Source: Rhodospirillaceae bacterium
Lineage (GTDB): Bacteria; Pseudomonadota; Alphaproteobacteria; UBA828
Assembly (NCBI GenBank): GCA_002717225.1
Contig: PBDG01000009.1
Span: 76,563-140,562 of the forward strand
Length of the DNA: 64,000 nucleotides
Direction of reading: 5' to 3'
Under the pieces are notes generated by a model. It did no database searches. It worked only from the letters and a program-made list of their open reading frames with translations, and was not told the DNA's origin. Positions 49,508 through 59,411 of this stretch are shown one piece after another. Position numbers and translations under genes: made by a program. Each line of letters begins with the position of its first letter. The stretch's first letter is position 1.

Positions 49508-50661
49508 AAACCCAGATAACGATCGACCATATCTCGCAGAATTAGTGCGGCATCAACCATTTGATCAAGCGGAACATACTCGTTGGCGGCATGACTTGTA
49601 GCGCCGTCACCTGGGCCGAAATTACAGATCTCGATCTCATCATCGGCGAAATAACGCCCCTCGCTAACCGCCAGCGCATTAACAAAATTCGGAGCTAAAC
49701 CACGGCGGGCTTCAATAGCGGCGGCAAGCGCTGCGATACCAGGACCATCTTTTTTTGGCGAGAAACCGTTGGTGCCAGTCAGAAATTCTGTTGAAAAACT
49801 TTCGGGCGGCTCATTCACATCAGCAAGAATTTCCACTACCTCATCGTAGGCGGCGCAGACATCCTCTTCAGGTAACAGGCGACGGTCGATCTCAAGCCAG
49901 CACGAACTTGGCACGACATTAACATTATGCCCGCCCTGAATCCGCCCGATGTTCATCGTCGAACGCTTCTCGCCATTGACGCGTTTTTCGAGACGCGGCT
50001 CAAGCACCCGGCGCAAATGATCAACCAGGCGCATCATACGAAGAATTGCGTTATCTCCAGCTTGCGGATCACCGCCATGAGCGGCACGTCCTGTCACAGT
50101 TATACGCAGCCAGAGAACGCCGCGCTCCTCGGTGATGAGCTCGTTTTGCGTCGGCCCGCCGACCAGCAAGAAATCCGGCCTGAGCGCATCCGATTCGCGC
50201 AAAAAGCGCATGCCATTTGGACCAAGCCTCTCCTCGTCGCCAGTGAATGTGAAGACAACCTCACCCTTCTTGGGGCCGCCTCGACGCATTATCTCCTCGC
50301 CGAGCCAGATATGAAGTGCCGTAGATCCTTTGCAATTATTGGCACCGAGGCCGTAGATCGCGCCATTGCGCTTAACAGCTTCAAAGGGATCGCTCAGCCA
50401 ATCACCGAGATCACCAACTTCTACCGTATCGATATGACAGTTGAATCCAAACTGTGGCGACCCTGTGCCAACGCGGGCCACGAGATTGTCAATGCTAGGG
50501 GCGCAGCTCTTGGTTTCGCAGATGTAACCAGCGGACTCAAAGCGAGCGCGAATATAAGCGCACATTTTCCTTGTGTCACCCGGTGGATAGGTTGAAGGTA
50601 TGCCGATAAGGTCGCCCAAGATATCGGTCAGTTCGTGTGTGAGTTTGGCTTCGCTCGTCAT
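49504..50661 (-). CDS. M20 (ArgE/DapE-like) amidohydrolase with atypical metal ligands
   Basis: HIDTV, GANNCKG, DEE, GRAAHG, SHAANE. Confidence 0.83.
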   Translation of the reverse strand: MTSEAKLTHELTDILGDLIGIPSTYPPGDTRKMCAYIRARFESAGYICETKSCAPSIDNLVARVGTGSPQFGFNCHIDTVEVGDLGDWLSDPFEAVKRNGAIYGLGANNCKGSTALHIWLGEEIMRRGGPKKGEVVFTFTGDEERLGPNGMRFLRESDALRPDFLLVGGPTQNELITEERGVLWLRITVTGRAAHGGDPQAGDNAILRMMRLVDHLRRVLEPRLEKRVNGEKRSTMNIGRIQGGHNVNVVPSSCWLEIDRRLLPEEDVCAAYDEVVEILADVNEPPESFSTEFLTGTNGFSPKKDGPGIAALAAAIEARRGLAPNFVNALAVSEGRYFADDEIEICNFGPGDGATSHAANEYVPLDQMVDAALILRDMVDRYLGF

Positions 50662-50895
50662 AGGTCGGGGAGAGTGGTTTCGACTGGTTCAGGCGGGAGC
50701 ATAGACACGATAAACGAAGAGATGCAGAAAATTTTGACTGATTAGCCACGAATTGAACTACCGATCTATCTCCACCAAGCAAAGTAAGGCCAACTAATTC
50801 CCGTATTTATCTCTGTCGCAGTTTGCTTGGGAAAATGCACAATCTTTAGCAAAGACACAAAGTTTTAGCGGTTTTCTGGGACAAATCCACAATTC

Positions 50896-50921
50896 ATTTA
50901 AGGAAACTTTATTCCTTAAAT
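50896..50921. promoter_or_regulatory. palindromic operator candidate upstream of the glutamate-synthase-like operon
   Basis: Perfect inverted repeat ATTTAAGGAA-acttta-TTCCTTAAAT. Confidence 0.62.
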
Positions 50922-50988
50922 TCAATTGCACGGAACGTGGCGAGGGGCTAGTCTCGCGCCCTCGCCAAATCGGCGAAGGGGAATATCT

Positions 50989-51909
50989 ATGTGCGGAATC
51001 GCAGGCATCATGTTCAAAAATGGTCGAACTGACCATGAAACGGGCGTGGCGCTAATCGATATGCTCGATGGCTGCCAACACAGGGGTCCGGATTCCACGG
51101 GCTTTGCGCTCTATGGCGAAGAACACACGAGCGAGCTCAAGTTACGCTTTCTTATTGGAGACGGCACCGCGGCCGATGACTCCGTCGAACTGATCAAGAG
51201 TGCGCTGGAGGATCATGATGCGGAAATCGTCGACGATATGCGCATCGGCAACAATTATCAGGCGCTGGTGCGCTTTAACGGCGATCTACGCAGCTTTGCC
51301 TATGCGATGGAACACGCGGCGCCCGATGCTAAAGTCATCTCCATCGGACAGAGCCTAGATATCGTCAAAGATGTGGGCGGCGCCCATGATGTAGATGACC
51401 GCTTCGACGTACATAACTTTAAAGGCAGCCATGGCCTCGGCCATGTGCGCCTCGCCACCGAATCGGATGTCCGCCCGGAATCAGCGCACCCTTTCTGGGC
51501 TACTGGTTTTTCCGACGTCGCCATCGTCCATAACGGCCAGATCACCAATTATTGGAAGATGCGCCGCCGGCTTGAGCAACGCGGATTTGAATTCCGCACC
51601 GACAATGATAGTGAATTAGTTGCTGTCTATCTTGCCGACAAAATGTCCCAGGGAGTGCCTCTGCGCGAAGCCCTAAAAGCTTCGATTGAAGATTTGGACG
51701 GCACTTTTTCCTTCCTCGTCTCGACCAAGGACGAAATCGGCTATGCCAAGGATAATCTCGCCGCGAAACCGATGGTCATGTACGAAACCGACGACCTCAT
51801 CGCCATCGCTTCGGAAGAAGTGTCCCTTAATCGCCTGTTTCCGGGCCACGCACTGAACACCAAGGAGCCCCCGCCGGGGAGCTATGATACATGGTCCAAA
51901 TCGACCTAG
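50989..51909 (+). CDS. class II glutamine amidotransferase (GlxB/MgsA-like)
   Basis: MCGIAG with N-terminal Cys, HRGPDS, GHVRLATES, AHPF, HNGQI, NDSE. Confidence 0.9.
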   Translation: MCGIAGIMFKNGRTDHETGVALIDMLDGCQHRGPDSTGFALYGEEHTSELKLRFLIGDGTAADDSVELIKSALEDHDAEIVDDMRIGNNYQALVRFNGDLRSFAYAMEHAAPDAKVISIGQSLDIVKDVGGAHDVDDRFDVHNFKGSHGLGHVRLATESDVRPESAHPFWATGFSDVAIVHNGQITNYWKMRRRLEQRGFEFRTDNDSELVAVYLADKMSQGVPLREALKASIEDLDGTFSFLVSTKDEIGYAKDNLAAKPMVMYETDDLIAIASEEVSLNRLFPGHALNTKEPPPGSYDTWSKST

Positions 51910-53843
51910 CGGAAATTCCAGTCCGCCAGGCCAACGAACTTATCCGCAAATATGGGGCCGACGGCGAGGATATTGATATAATTAACCCCGACGCGCGACA
52001 TCACGTCGGCGTAGGGTTGACCGACCCAGTGACTGTGCGCGTGCACGGGTCCGCAGGTTATTTCTGCGCTGGCTTGACCGATGCGGCCCACTTCGAGATT
52101 GAAAGCAACGTCGGCTGGGGCCTTGGCGACAATATGTATACAGGCTCTGTTATCGTTGGCGGAAATGCCAGCGCAATCGCCGGCGTGGCGATACGCGGCG
52201 CCGAAATTGTCATCAAAGGCAATATGGGATCGCGCGCCGGACAAGTAATGAAAGCGGGCACACTCTTGTGCTGTGGCAATGCAAATTTTATGGCCGGCTA
52301 TCTCATGTATGGCGGGCGCATCATCATCCTGGGCGATTCCGGCGAACGCGTCGGTGAAGATATGGCCGCCGGTGAGATTTATGTCGGTGGAAAGGTTCAG
52401 TCGCTTGGCTCCGATGCCAAAATGGGCGATACGGAAAGCAGCAAAATTGACGAGCTACGCGCCTTTCTCGACCGTTACAAGATTACCTTTAATGGCGATT
52501 TCCAGAAAATTGTCAACGAAGGCAAAAAGCTGCATTACAAAACCTCAGAACGGCCGATGCGCAGCCTTCCCTTTGTCGGATTCTCGGGAAAATCGGATTA
52601 CTGGAACCCGAAAATTCAGGAAGATATTCATATAAAATCACAGATTGGCCGCTATCGCGTACGTGGTTATGGCGGTGCGCGGGAACTGCCACACCTGGCA
52701 GATATCGGATTCGCGCGGAATATCTCCGGGTTAAATGAGATTTCCAACCCGGTGTCCAAGGTCGAGATGCGCACGCTGATCGGCGGCAAACACGGGGCGC
52801 AACCGCTCGACCTTTCAATGCCGGTGATGATCGCGCCAATGAGCTATGGCGCGTTGAGCCGTTCCACCAAACAAGCCATCGGTATCGCCTCATCGCTCGC
52901 AGGAATCGCGGAAAATACCGGTGAAGGTGGTATGAGCGACGCCCAGCGTGGTGCCGCGGAGCAATTGGTTTTCCAAATGCTTGGTGGACGGCTTGGTTGG
53001 AACATCCATGATATGAAACGCGCCAATGGGTTGGAGATCTATATTAGCCAGGGCGCCAAGCCCGGCTTCGGCGGTCAGCTCATGGCGAAAAAGGTGACCA
53101 AGGAACTAGCCGAAATTCGAGGTATCCCCCAAGGCATCGATCTGCGCTCACCATCGCGGCATCCGGATATTCTGGGCGGCGACGATCTCCTCATCAAGGT
53201 CGAGGAAATGCGCGAAGCAACAGGATATCGTTTGCCGGTCAGCGTCAAGCTAGGCGCCGGACGGGTGCGCGACGACATCAAGATCGCTTACAAGGATGGC
53301 TTCGATTTTGTCGAGCTCGACGGCATGCAGGGCTCAACCGGTGCCGGTGGCGCAGAAGTCATGGAATATGTTGGCATTCCCACTATCTCAGCGATCATGG
53401 ACGCGCTTGATGGTCTGGCGGAGATCGACGCCGACGGCAAAATTCAAATCATTCTCATGGGTGGTCTGCGCGACGGCGTGGACGCAGTCAAATCGCTTTG
53501 TCTCGGCGCCGATGCGGTGGCCTTTGGCAACGCCACGATCATCGCCGGCGGTTGCATTTCCTGCATGCAGTGCCATGTTGGTCAGTGTGTGACCGGCATC
53601 GCAACCCAGGACCCCGAGCATGAGAAGCGCTACCGCCCGGAAATCGAAGCGCATAATATCCACCGCTTTCTCGAAGGAGTGCGCTGGCAGATCGCAGCGC
53701 TGACCCACGCACTCGGCTATGGAGATGTCAAATCTCTCAACCGGGACGACCTCGTCGCCCTGACCCCAGAGGCGGCGGAGATCACGCGCCTTCCCTACCG
53801 GCCAGAGCTTCGCGAACAACAGCATCTCAGCAAGGCAGTCTAA
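51891..53843 (+). CDS. GXGXG (GlxC/MgsB-like) domain fused to glutamate synthase FMN domain (GlxD/MgsC-like)
   Basis: N-terminal Gly-rich beta-helix repeats; APMSYGALS, NTGEGG, SQGAKPG, VKLG, GGLRDG, CISCMQCHVGQC. Confidence 0.88.
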   Translation: MVQIDLAEIPVRQANELIRKYGADGEDIDIINPDARHHVGVGLTDPVTVRVHGSAGYFCAGLTDAAHFEIESNVGWGLGDNMYTGSVIVGGNASAIAGVAIRGAEIVIKGNMGSRAGQVMKAGTLLCCGNANFMAGYLMYGGRIIILGDSGERVGEDMAAGEIYVGGKVQSLGSDAKMGDTESSKIDELRAFLDRYKITFNGDFQKIVNEGKKLHYKTSERPMRSLPFVGFSGKSDYWNPKIQEDIHIKSQIGRYRVRGYGGARELPHLADIGFARNISGLNEISNPVSKVEMRTLIGGKHGAQPLDLSMPVMIAPMSYGALSRSTKQAIGIASSLAGIAENTGEGGMSDAQRGAAEQLVFQMLGGRLGWNIHDMKRANGLEIYISQGAKPGFGGQLMAKKVTKELAEIRGIPQGIDLRSPSRHPDILGGDDLLIKVEEMREATGYRLPVSVKLGAGRVRDDIKIAYKDGFDFVELDGMQGSTGAGGAEVMEYVGIPTISAIMDALDGLAEIDADGKIQIILMGGLRDGVDAVKSLCLGADAVAFGNATIIAGGCISCMQCHVGQCVTGIATQDPEHEKRYRPEIEAHNIHRFLEGVRWQIAALTHALGYGDVKSLNRDDLVALTPEAAEITRLPYRPELREQQHLSKAV

Positions 53844-53844
53844 G

Positions 53845-56376
53845 TTGGCAGCGAGTAAAGACAGCGGAGTGGAAGCTCCCATGCTTCTTCCGGCTGAAAT
53901 GCCGGACGATACGGACGACCTGCATTTTGTCCCTGCACCCTGCCAGGTGGCCTGCCCTGTCGGAACCGACGCGCCTTCCTATATAGCCTATATATGGGAA
54001 GGCAAATATGAGGAAGCGTTCGAGGCGATTACCGCTACCAACCCATTCAGCTCGATTTGCGGACGGGTGTGCGATGCCCCATGCGAACCTGCCTGCAGAC
54101 GGGTACAATCAGATGGGCCCGTGCAAATCCGCAATCTCAAGCGTTACGTCATGGATGAAATTGGCGACCGGCTCGATCCGCCTCCCGTGCCAGTCACCCA
54201 GAAAGAGACGGTGGCCATCGTCGGGTCCGGACCGGCCGGCTTAGTCGCCGCGCATGATTTGTCGATCGCCGGCTATGAAGTCCACGTCTACGAGATGACC
54301 GACCGGCTAGGTGGAATGATGATATGGGGCATCCCCGCTTTCCGCTTGCCACCCGGCGTGATTGACGAAGACATTCAGCGCCTAACCAAGCGCTGTCCTG
54401 GCCTCAAGATTCACCTCAACACTGCGCTGGGCGATGGTGTGACACTGGAGGAACTAAAGGAGCGCCATGACGCCGTGGTGCTCGCCATTGGCTCCTGGTG
54501 GGGCAAAAAGATGGGAATTCCGGGAGACACCGACACGCGGGTCATCGACGGCGTGCAGTTCCTGCGTGACGTCAATGCTGGCGCACGGCCGGAAATGCCG
54601 GAAACCGTGGTCGTGGTCGGCGGCGGGGACGTCGCCATGGACGCCTGCCGAGTCGCCAAGAGACTTCCTGGCTGCAAGCACGTCAAAGTGATCTATCGTC
54701 GGGGGCCGGACGAGATTCCGGCGCGCGCCATTGAGCTTGAGGGGGCCGTCAAAGAGGATATCGAATTCATCTACAACACCCAACAAACCGCCGTTTCTCC
54801 AAAGGGCAACCAGCTCGCCATCACCTGCCTTAAAACCGAGTTGGGTGAACCAGACGAAGAAGGCCGGCGCGTTCCAGTCGAGATAGTGGGCAGCGAGCAC
54901 GAGATTGAATGCGGTATGATCATTGCCTCGATCGGCCAGCAGGGCAAATGTGCTCATCTCGACGAGAAAGGCATGATGCTGAGTGATCGCGTGCGGACAG
55001 AATGGGGCAGTATGTTGACCGACGACCCAAAAGTCTTCGCCGCCGGCGACGGCGCTTTCGGCGGATCAACTATCGTCATGGCCATGCATCACGGTCAACG
55101 CGTCGCTTATTACGTGAAGGCGTTTCTCGAAGGCCATAGGGACCCTATGCCCTACCGCCAACCCTTCCGCACCCGACGGGTGCCTCTGGCGCAGGATCTC
55201 GAGTGGGAGAAGCTGCCGTTACAAGAACCCGCCTTTCACGGGCTAGGCGCCAATCCGATCGAGTTCCCCGAGATCGAAGATACTTATGGCAGCGACACGG
55301 CACGCAATGAGGCAGCGCGCTGCTATCGCTGCGACGCAGAGACTGGTACTGCTGACTATTCCGTGCGCCACCGCGAGGACATTTTCACCATGGCGCGCAC
55401 CAACCCACTCGACGAGCGTTCGCATGCCACAATGCTTGCGCGCCGCTTGCAGCCGCGCGATAACCCTTTTCCAGACCACCGAAAGGCCACGCTGGACGAT
55501 CTCATCTTTCTGCCAGCCAATCTGACCCGACTGGTGATTGACCCCTACCGCGAGGCATGCCGAATTGACACGGAACTCGGCGCCGGACGCTTCGTTATGG
55601 AGCAACCCTTTATCGCTACCGGATTCGACGACGCACCAGGTCAAGTACGTGAAGCCATTGCCGAGGGCCTAAAGGATTTTGACACTCCCTATCTCGGAGT
55701 ACGCGCTCTTTCAACGGATGTTCCCTGGCTGCAACTGGTCGTGCCGGGGCAGATCGCACCGAGCACTGACGCGGCGGCGCAGATTCATAACCTAGGTCAC
55801 GAATTTCGACCGATTGAGACGACGCGTCTGACAGAAAACCAACTTCTTGGCTTGTCGGTTTCCTCTCCCGACATACTGGAAGAAACGATCTCTTATGCCC
55901 TGGCGAAGAAATTTGATATACTCCTCCTCGACGGCAGCGGCGGCCTCGGCACGCCCTGGGCCGAGCTCTCCGGTGAACCCAATCTAACCATCCTGCGCGA
56001 CGCCGTCGCTATTCTCAGACGTATTGGGCGAGAGGAAGAGATCGACCTGATTTTTTTCGGTGGTGTTCGCTCGGGCACTGATACGGCTAAGCTGGTAGCG
56101 CTCGGTAGCATGGCGGTGGTGCTTGGCGTTACCCTGGGACTGGCCGCTGGAGCTGAAATTAGAGACCGGCACGACATGCAATTCTCCGCCGATCGTGACA
56201 AAAATGATCGCGCCGAAGCGGTGGCCCATATTCTTAATGCTAGCGCCCAAGAAGCGTCGATGATGGCGCGGTGCACCGGCAAGACCAATCTGCAAAACGT
56301 CGAGCCGGAGGATTTGCGCGCAATTACCATCGCCACCGCCAAAGCCACCGGTATCCCGCTCGCCGGCACGCTTTGA
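53845..56376 (+). CDS. GltD-like FAD/NAD(P)H Fe-S oxidoreductase fused to a degenerate glutamate synthase FMN-barrel domain
   Basis: PCQVACP, CGRVC..PCE..C, GSGPAG, GGGDVAMD, AGD, RCYRC; C-terminal LDDLIFLP..GGVRSGTD..EDLRAIT..GIPLAG. Start is TTG 53845 or ATG 53881. Confidence 0.85.
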   Translation: MAASKDSGVEAPMLLPAEMPDDTDDLHFVPAPCQVACPVGTDAPSYIAYIWEGKYEEAFEAITATNPFSSICGRVCDAPCEPACRRVQSDGPVQIRNLKRYVMDEIGDRLDPPPVPVTQKETVAIVGSGPAGLVAAHDLSIAGYEVHVYEMTDRLGGMMIWGIPAFRLPPGVIDEDIQRLTKRCPGLKIHLNTALGDGVTLEELKERHDAVVLAIGSWWGKKMGIPGDTDTRVIDGVQFLRDVNAGARPEMPETVVVVGGGDVAMDACRVAKRLPGCKHVKVIYRRGPDEIPARAIELEGAVKEDIEFIYNTQQTAVSPKGNQLAITCLKTELGEPDEEGRRVPVEIVGSEHEIECGMIIASIGQQGKCAHLDEKGMMLSDRVRTEWGSMLTDDPKVFAAGDGAFGGSTIVMAMHHGQRVAYYVKAFLEGHRDPMPYRQPFRTRRVPLAQDLEWEKLPLQEPAFHGLGANPIEFPEIEDTYGSDTARNEAARCYRCDAETGTADYSVRHREDIFTMARTNPLDERSHATMLARRLQPRDNPFPDHRKATLDDLIFLPANLTRLVIDPYREACRIDTELGAGRFVMEQPFIATGFDDAPGQVREAIAEGLKDFDTPYLGVRALSTDVPWLQLVVPGQIAPSTDAAAQIHNLGHEFRPIETTRLTENQLLGLSVSSPDILEETISYALAKKFDILLLDGSGGLGTPWAELSGEPNLTILRDAVAILRRIGREEEIDLIFFGGVRSGTDTAKLVALGSMAVVLGVTLGLAAGAEIRDRHDMQFSADRDKNDRAEAVAHILNASAQEASMMARCTGKTNLQNVEPEDLRAITIATAKATGIPLAGTL

Positions 56377-56565
56377 CTTCAACGGGCCATGAGAACAACC
56401 CGTTATATGCTGTTTTGAGCGCCAGGTACCCGCTTCTCCGCAATTGGCCTATTCCGTAACAACTCGACAGCACCGTCGGGCTTGCCGGAATGTCTTCCGT
56501 CTTTCGGTTAATGGAAGCTCTGCTGCGATTTCCTTGCGGCAAATAAACAACTAAACTCCAGCAGC

Positions 56566-57852
56566 ATGGATATATCGCTCAATTACGGTAAAACCCAACT
56601 TGTCGTAACGCTACCGGATGACCTTGAAGTCCGTGTCATCCGCAAGCCTGACATGCCGCTCCTGGATGATCCGGTGGCAACACTCGAAGCCTCGTTTGCC
56701 AAGCCAGACGGCGGCCCAAATCTCGCCTATCTTGCCAGAAAAGCACAAACAGCCTGTATTCTCATTTGCGACATCACACGCCCAGTGCCAAACAGTGTAT
56801 TGCTGCCACCGCTCCTCCGTGCGCTTCTCGCTGCCGGGCTAGGCAGGGAAAACATCGTTATTCTCGTCGCCACCGGTCTGCACCGGCCAAATGAAGACGA
56901 GGAGCTGGCCGAGTTGGTCGGTGATCCCTGGGTGATGGAGAATTTTGCCGTCGTCAATCATTTTGCCCGCGACGATGCCTCACATGTTTCACTCGGACGC
57001 ACAAGGAGTGGAACAAAAGTCATGCTAGATAAACGCTTCGTAGAAGCGGACCTCCGCATCGCCACTGGTCTAGTAGAGCCCCATTTCATGGCTGGCTGGT
57101 CCGGTGGGCGCAAGGTGATCGCGCCGGGAGTCGCCCATGCCGAGACCATTACCACCTTCCACAGCGCAAGGTTTATGGAGCATCCTAATTGCGCCAATTG
57201 CGTGCTCGACGGCAATCCGCTGCATGACGAACAACTTGAAATTATCGCCATGTTAGGCTGCGTCAGTGCGATCAATGTAGTGATCAATGAGGATCGTCGT
57301 ATTTCAATGATTAATTTCGGTGAGGTAGTAAAAAGCCATATGGCAGCGGTAGATCATGTCCGCACCTATGCCGAAGTCCCAATGCCGGAGCGCTTCTCCA
57401 CCGTGATTACCAGCGCCGCGGGCTACCCCCTCGACAAGACCTACTATCAAACAGTGAAAGGCATGGTCGGTCCGCTAGATATCCTGAAGCCTGGTGGAAC
57501 TCTCGTCATTGCCTCGGCCTGTTCCGAAGGCATGGGCTCGGCGGAATATATCACCTCCCAACGTAATCTGATGAATATGGGCGCTGATCGCTTCCTCAAA
57601 CATATCGAGTCTAAAAGTCACGCAGCGGTCGATGAATGGCAGACCGAGATGCTTTTGAAACCGCTTCGCTCGGGCCAAGTGGTTCTCTACACTGAAGGCC
57701 TAACGGAAGAGGAACTCTCCCTTACCGCCGTGAAACCCACCACCTCAATTGACCAAGCAATAGTTGCAGCAGTCGCTGACGCTAACGACAAGCGCATAGC
57801 GGTTATTCCGGAAGGGCCCTATGTGGTTCCACGATACCGGCCCGGGATTTGA
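56566..57852 (+). CDS. larA: nickel-pincer-dependent lactate racemase family protein
   Basis: DITRPVPN, ATGLHRP, NH, EPHFMAGWSGGRK, YQTVKG, EG.G. Confidence 0.87.
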   Translation: MDISLNYGKTQLVVTLPDDLEVRVIRKPDMPLLDDPVATLEASFAKPDGGPNLAYLARKAQTACILICDITRPVPNSVLLPPLLRALLAAGLGRENIVILVATGLHRPNEDEELAELVGDPWVMENFAVVNHFARDDASHVSLGRTRSGTKVMLDKRFVEADLRIATGLVEPHFMAGWSGGRKVIAPGVAHAETITTFHSARFMEHPNCANCVLDGNPLHDEQLEIIAMLGCVSAINVVINEDRRISMINFGEVVKSHMAAVDHVRTYAEVPMPERFSTVITSAAGYPLDKTYYQTVKGMVGPLDILKPGGTLVIASACSEGMGSAEYITSQRNLMNMGADRFLKHIESKSHAAVDEWQTEMLLKPLRSGQVVLYTEGLTEEELSLTAVKPTTSIDQAIVAAVADANDKRIAVIPEGPYVVPRYRPGI

Positions 57853-59402
57853 CAACGCCCGACCCCTCTGGCGGAGGACCGCTGCCGCCTAACCGTTTCA
57901 CTAATATTTGCGTTCTAGTAGCGACGGTGTGTGGCTCAAGTCTTGCAATTATTGATGCCACCGCCATTAACGTCGCCCTTCCAGCCATTCAAGACGGACT
58001 CAATGCAGATATCACCTCACTGCAATGGGTGATCGAGTCCTATGCGCTGTTCCTCGGCGCCTTAATTCTGGTCGGTGGTGTGTTGGGTGACCATTTCGGA
58101 CGAAAGCGGATGTTTGCCATCGGTGTCATCATCTTTGCCTCCGCTTCCGCCTGGTGTGGCCTAGCTGAGGGCGTGATGCAATTGATCGTCGCTCGCGGCT
58201 TTCAAGGCATTGGTGCGGCGCTCGTAGTGCCCGGCAGTCTAGCGCTGTTGAGCGCCCATTTCCCACAAGAGCAACGGGGCCCGGCAATTGGACAATGGGC
58301 TTCGTTCACAACACTCGCTATCGTTCTCGGGCCGTTATTGGGCGGGGTACTTGTAGACACGGCGTCGTGGCGTTGGGTTTTTTTTATTAACCTGCCCATT
58401 GCTGCTATTCTGCTTTTCGTGCTTTATCTCGGCGTACCGGAAAGCCGAAATGAGAGCCAGGCAGGCAAACTCGACATTGTAGGCGCCGCATTCATCACCC
58501 TCGGCTTGGGCGGCTTGGTGTTCGGCCTGCTCGAATCCGCGCACTTGGGCTTTAGCGCGCTTGAGGTATGGGGCTCTATAACGGCGGGCATAGTGATCAT
58601 ACTTGCCTTCATTTACCGACAAATGACTGTGAAATTCCCTATGCTGCCGCTCGACCTGTTTCGCTCCCGCGCCTTTTCCGGCGCTAATATTATGACATTC
58701 CTGCTCTATGGCGCGATGACAGGCTGTCTATTTTTCCTTCCCTTCAACCTAATGCAGGTACACGGATGGAGCGCGACGGAAGCCGGTGCCGCGCTGCTAC
58801 CACTTATCTTGCTTATCTCCCTCTTCTCTCTTGCCGCCAGTAAACTGGTGGCTAAGCTCGGTCAACGCATACCGCTCACCAGTGGTGCATGCATCGCCGC
58901 ACTGGGATTTGCACTCCTCGCCTTGCCTAGCAACGACAGCGGCTATTGGTCTGGCTTCCTGCCAGGCATAGCCGTACTTGGGCTAGGTCTTGGAATCGCC
59001 GTGGCGCCCCTCACCATCGTCGTTATGGGGGCAGTGCCGACCGATCGCTCCGGCCTCGCTTCAGGTGTCAACAATGCAGCTTCGCGCGTCGCCATGTTGA
59101 TGGCAGTGGCAATTTTCGGGGTAGTAATGTTTGAGATCTTTTCAAGTCAGTTACAGAGTGCGCTTCAGGTCATGCCGCTTGACAACGCCAGCCGGATACA
59201 AATCTCGGAACGCATGGTGCACCTATCGGGCCTGCAGCCACCGGATGGTCTTAAAGCCAACGTGGCGGAACAACTGCATGTCGCGGTCGGCGAGTCCTTC
59301 GTCGCCGGCTTTCGGGCTGTCTCTCTAATCGCTGCAGGTGCAGCGCTTGCCGGTGGCCTAATTGCCGGATTAACGATTCCGCCGCGCGCGGATGTGAAGT
59401 AG
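57849..59402 (+). CDS. DHA2-type MFS transporter (14 TM)
   Basis: D.T.INVALP, GVLGDHFGRKR, ARGFQG, GPLLGG, WRWVFFIN.P. Confidence 0.9.
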   Translation: MTTPDPSGGGPLPPNRFTNICVLVATVCGSSLAIIDATAINVALPAIQDGLNADITSLQWVIESYALFLGALILVGGVLGDHFGRKRMFAIGVIIFASASAWCGLAEGVMQLIVARGFQGIGAALVVPGSLALLSAHFPQEQRGPAIGQWASFTTLAIVLGPLLGGVLVDTASWRWVFFINLPIAAILLFVLYLGVPESRNESQAGKLDIVGAAFITLGLGGLVFGLLESAHLGFSALEVWGSITAGIVIILAFIYRQMTVKFPMLPLDLFRSRAFSGANIMTFLLYGAMTGCLFFLPFNLMQVHGWSATEAGAALLPLILLISLFSLAASKLVAKLGQRIPLTSGACIAALGFALLALPSNDSGYWSGFLPGIAVLGLGLGIAVAPLTIVVMGAVPTDRSGLASGVNNAASRVAMLMAVAIFGVVMFEIFSSQLQSALQVMPLDNASRIQISERMVHLSGLQPPDGLKANVAEQLHVAVGESFVAGFRAVSLIAAGAALAGGLIAGLTIPPRADVK

Positions 59403-59411
59403 TCTCATGAT

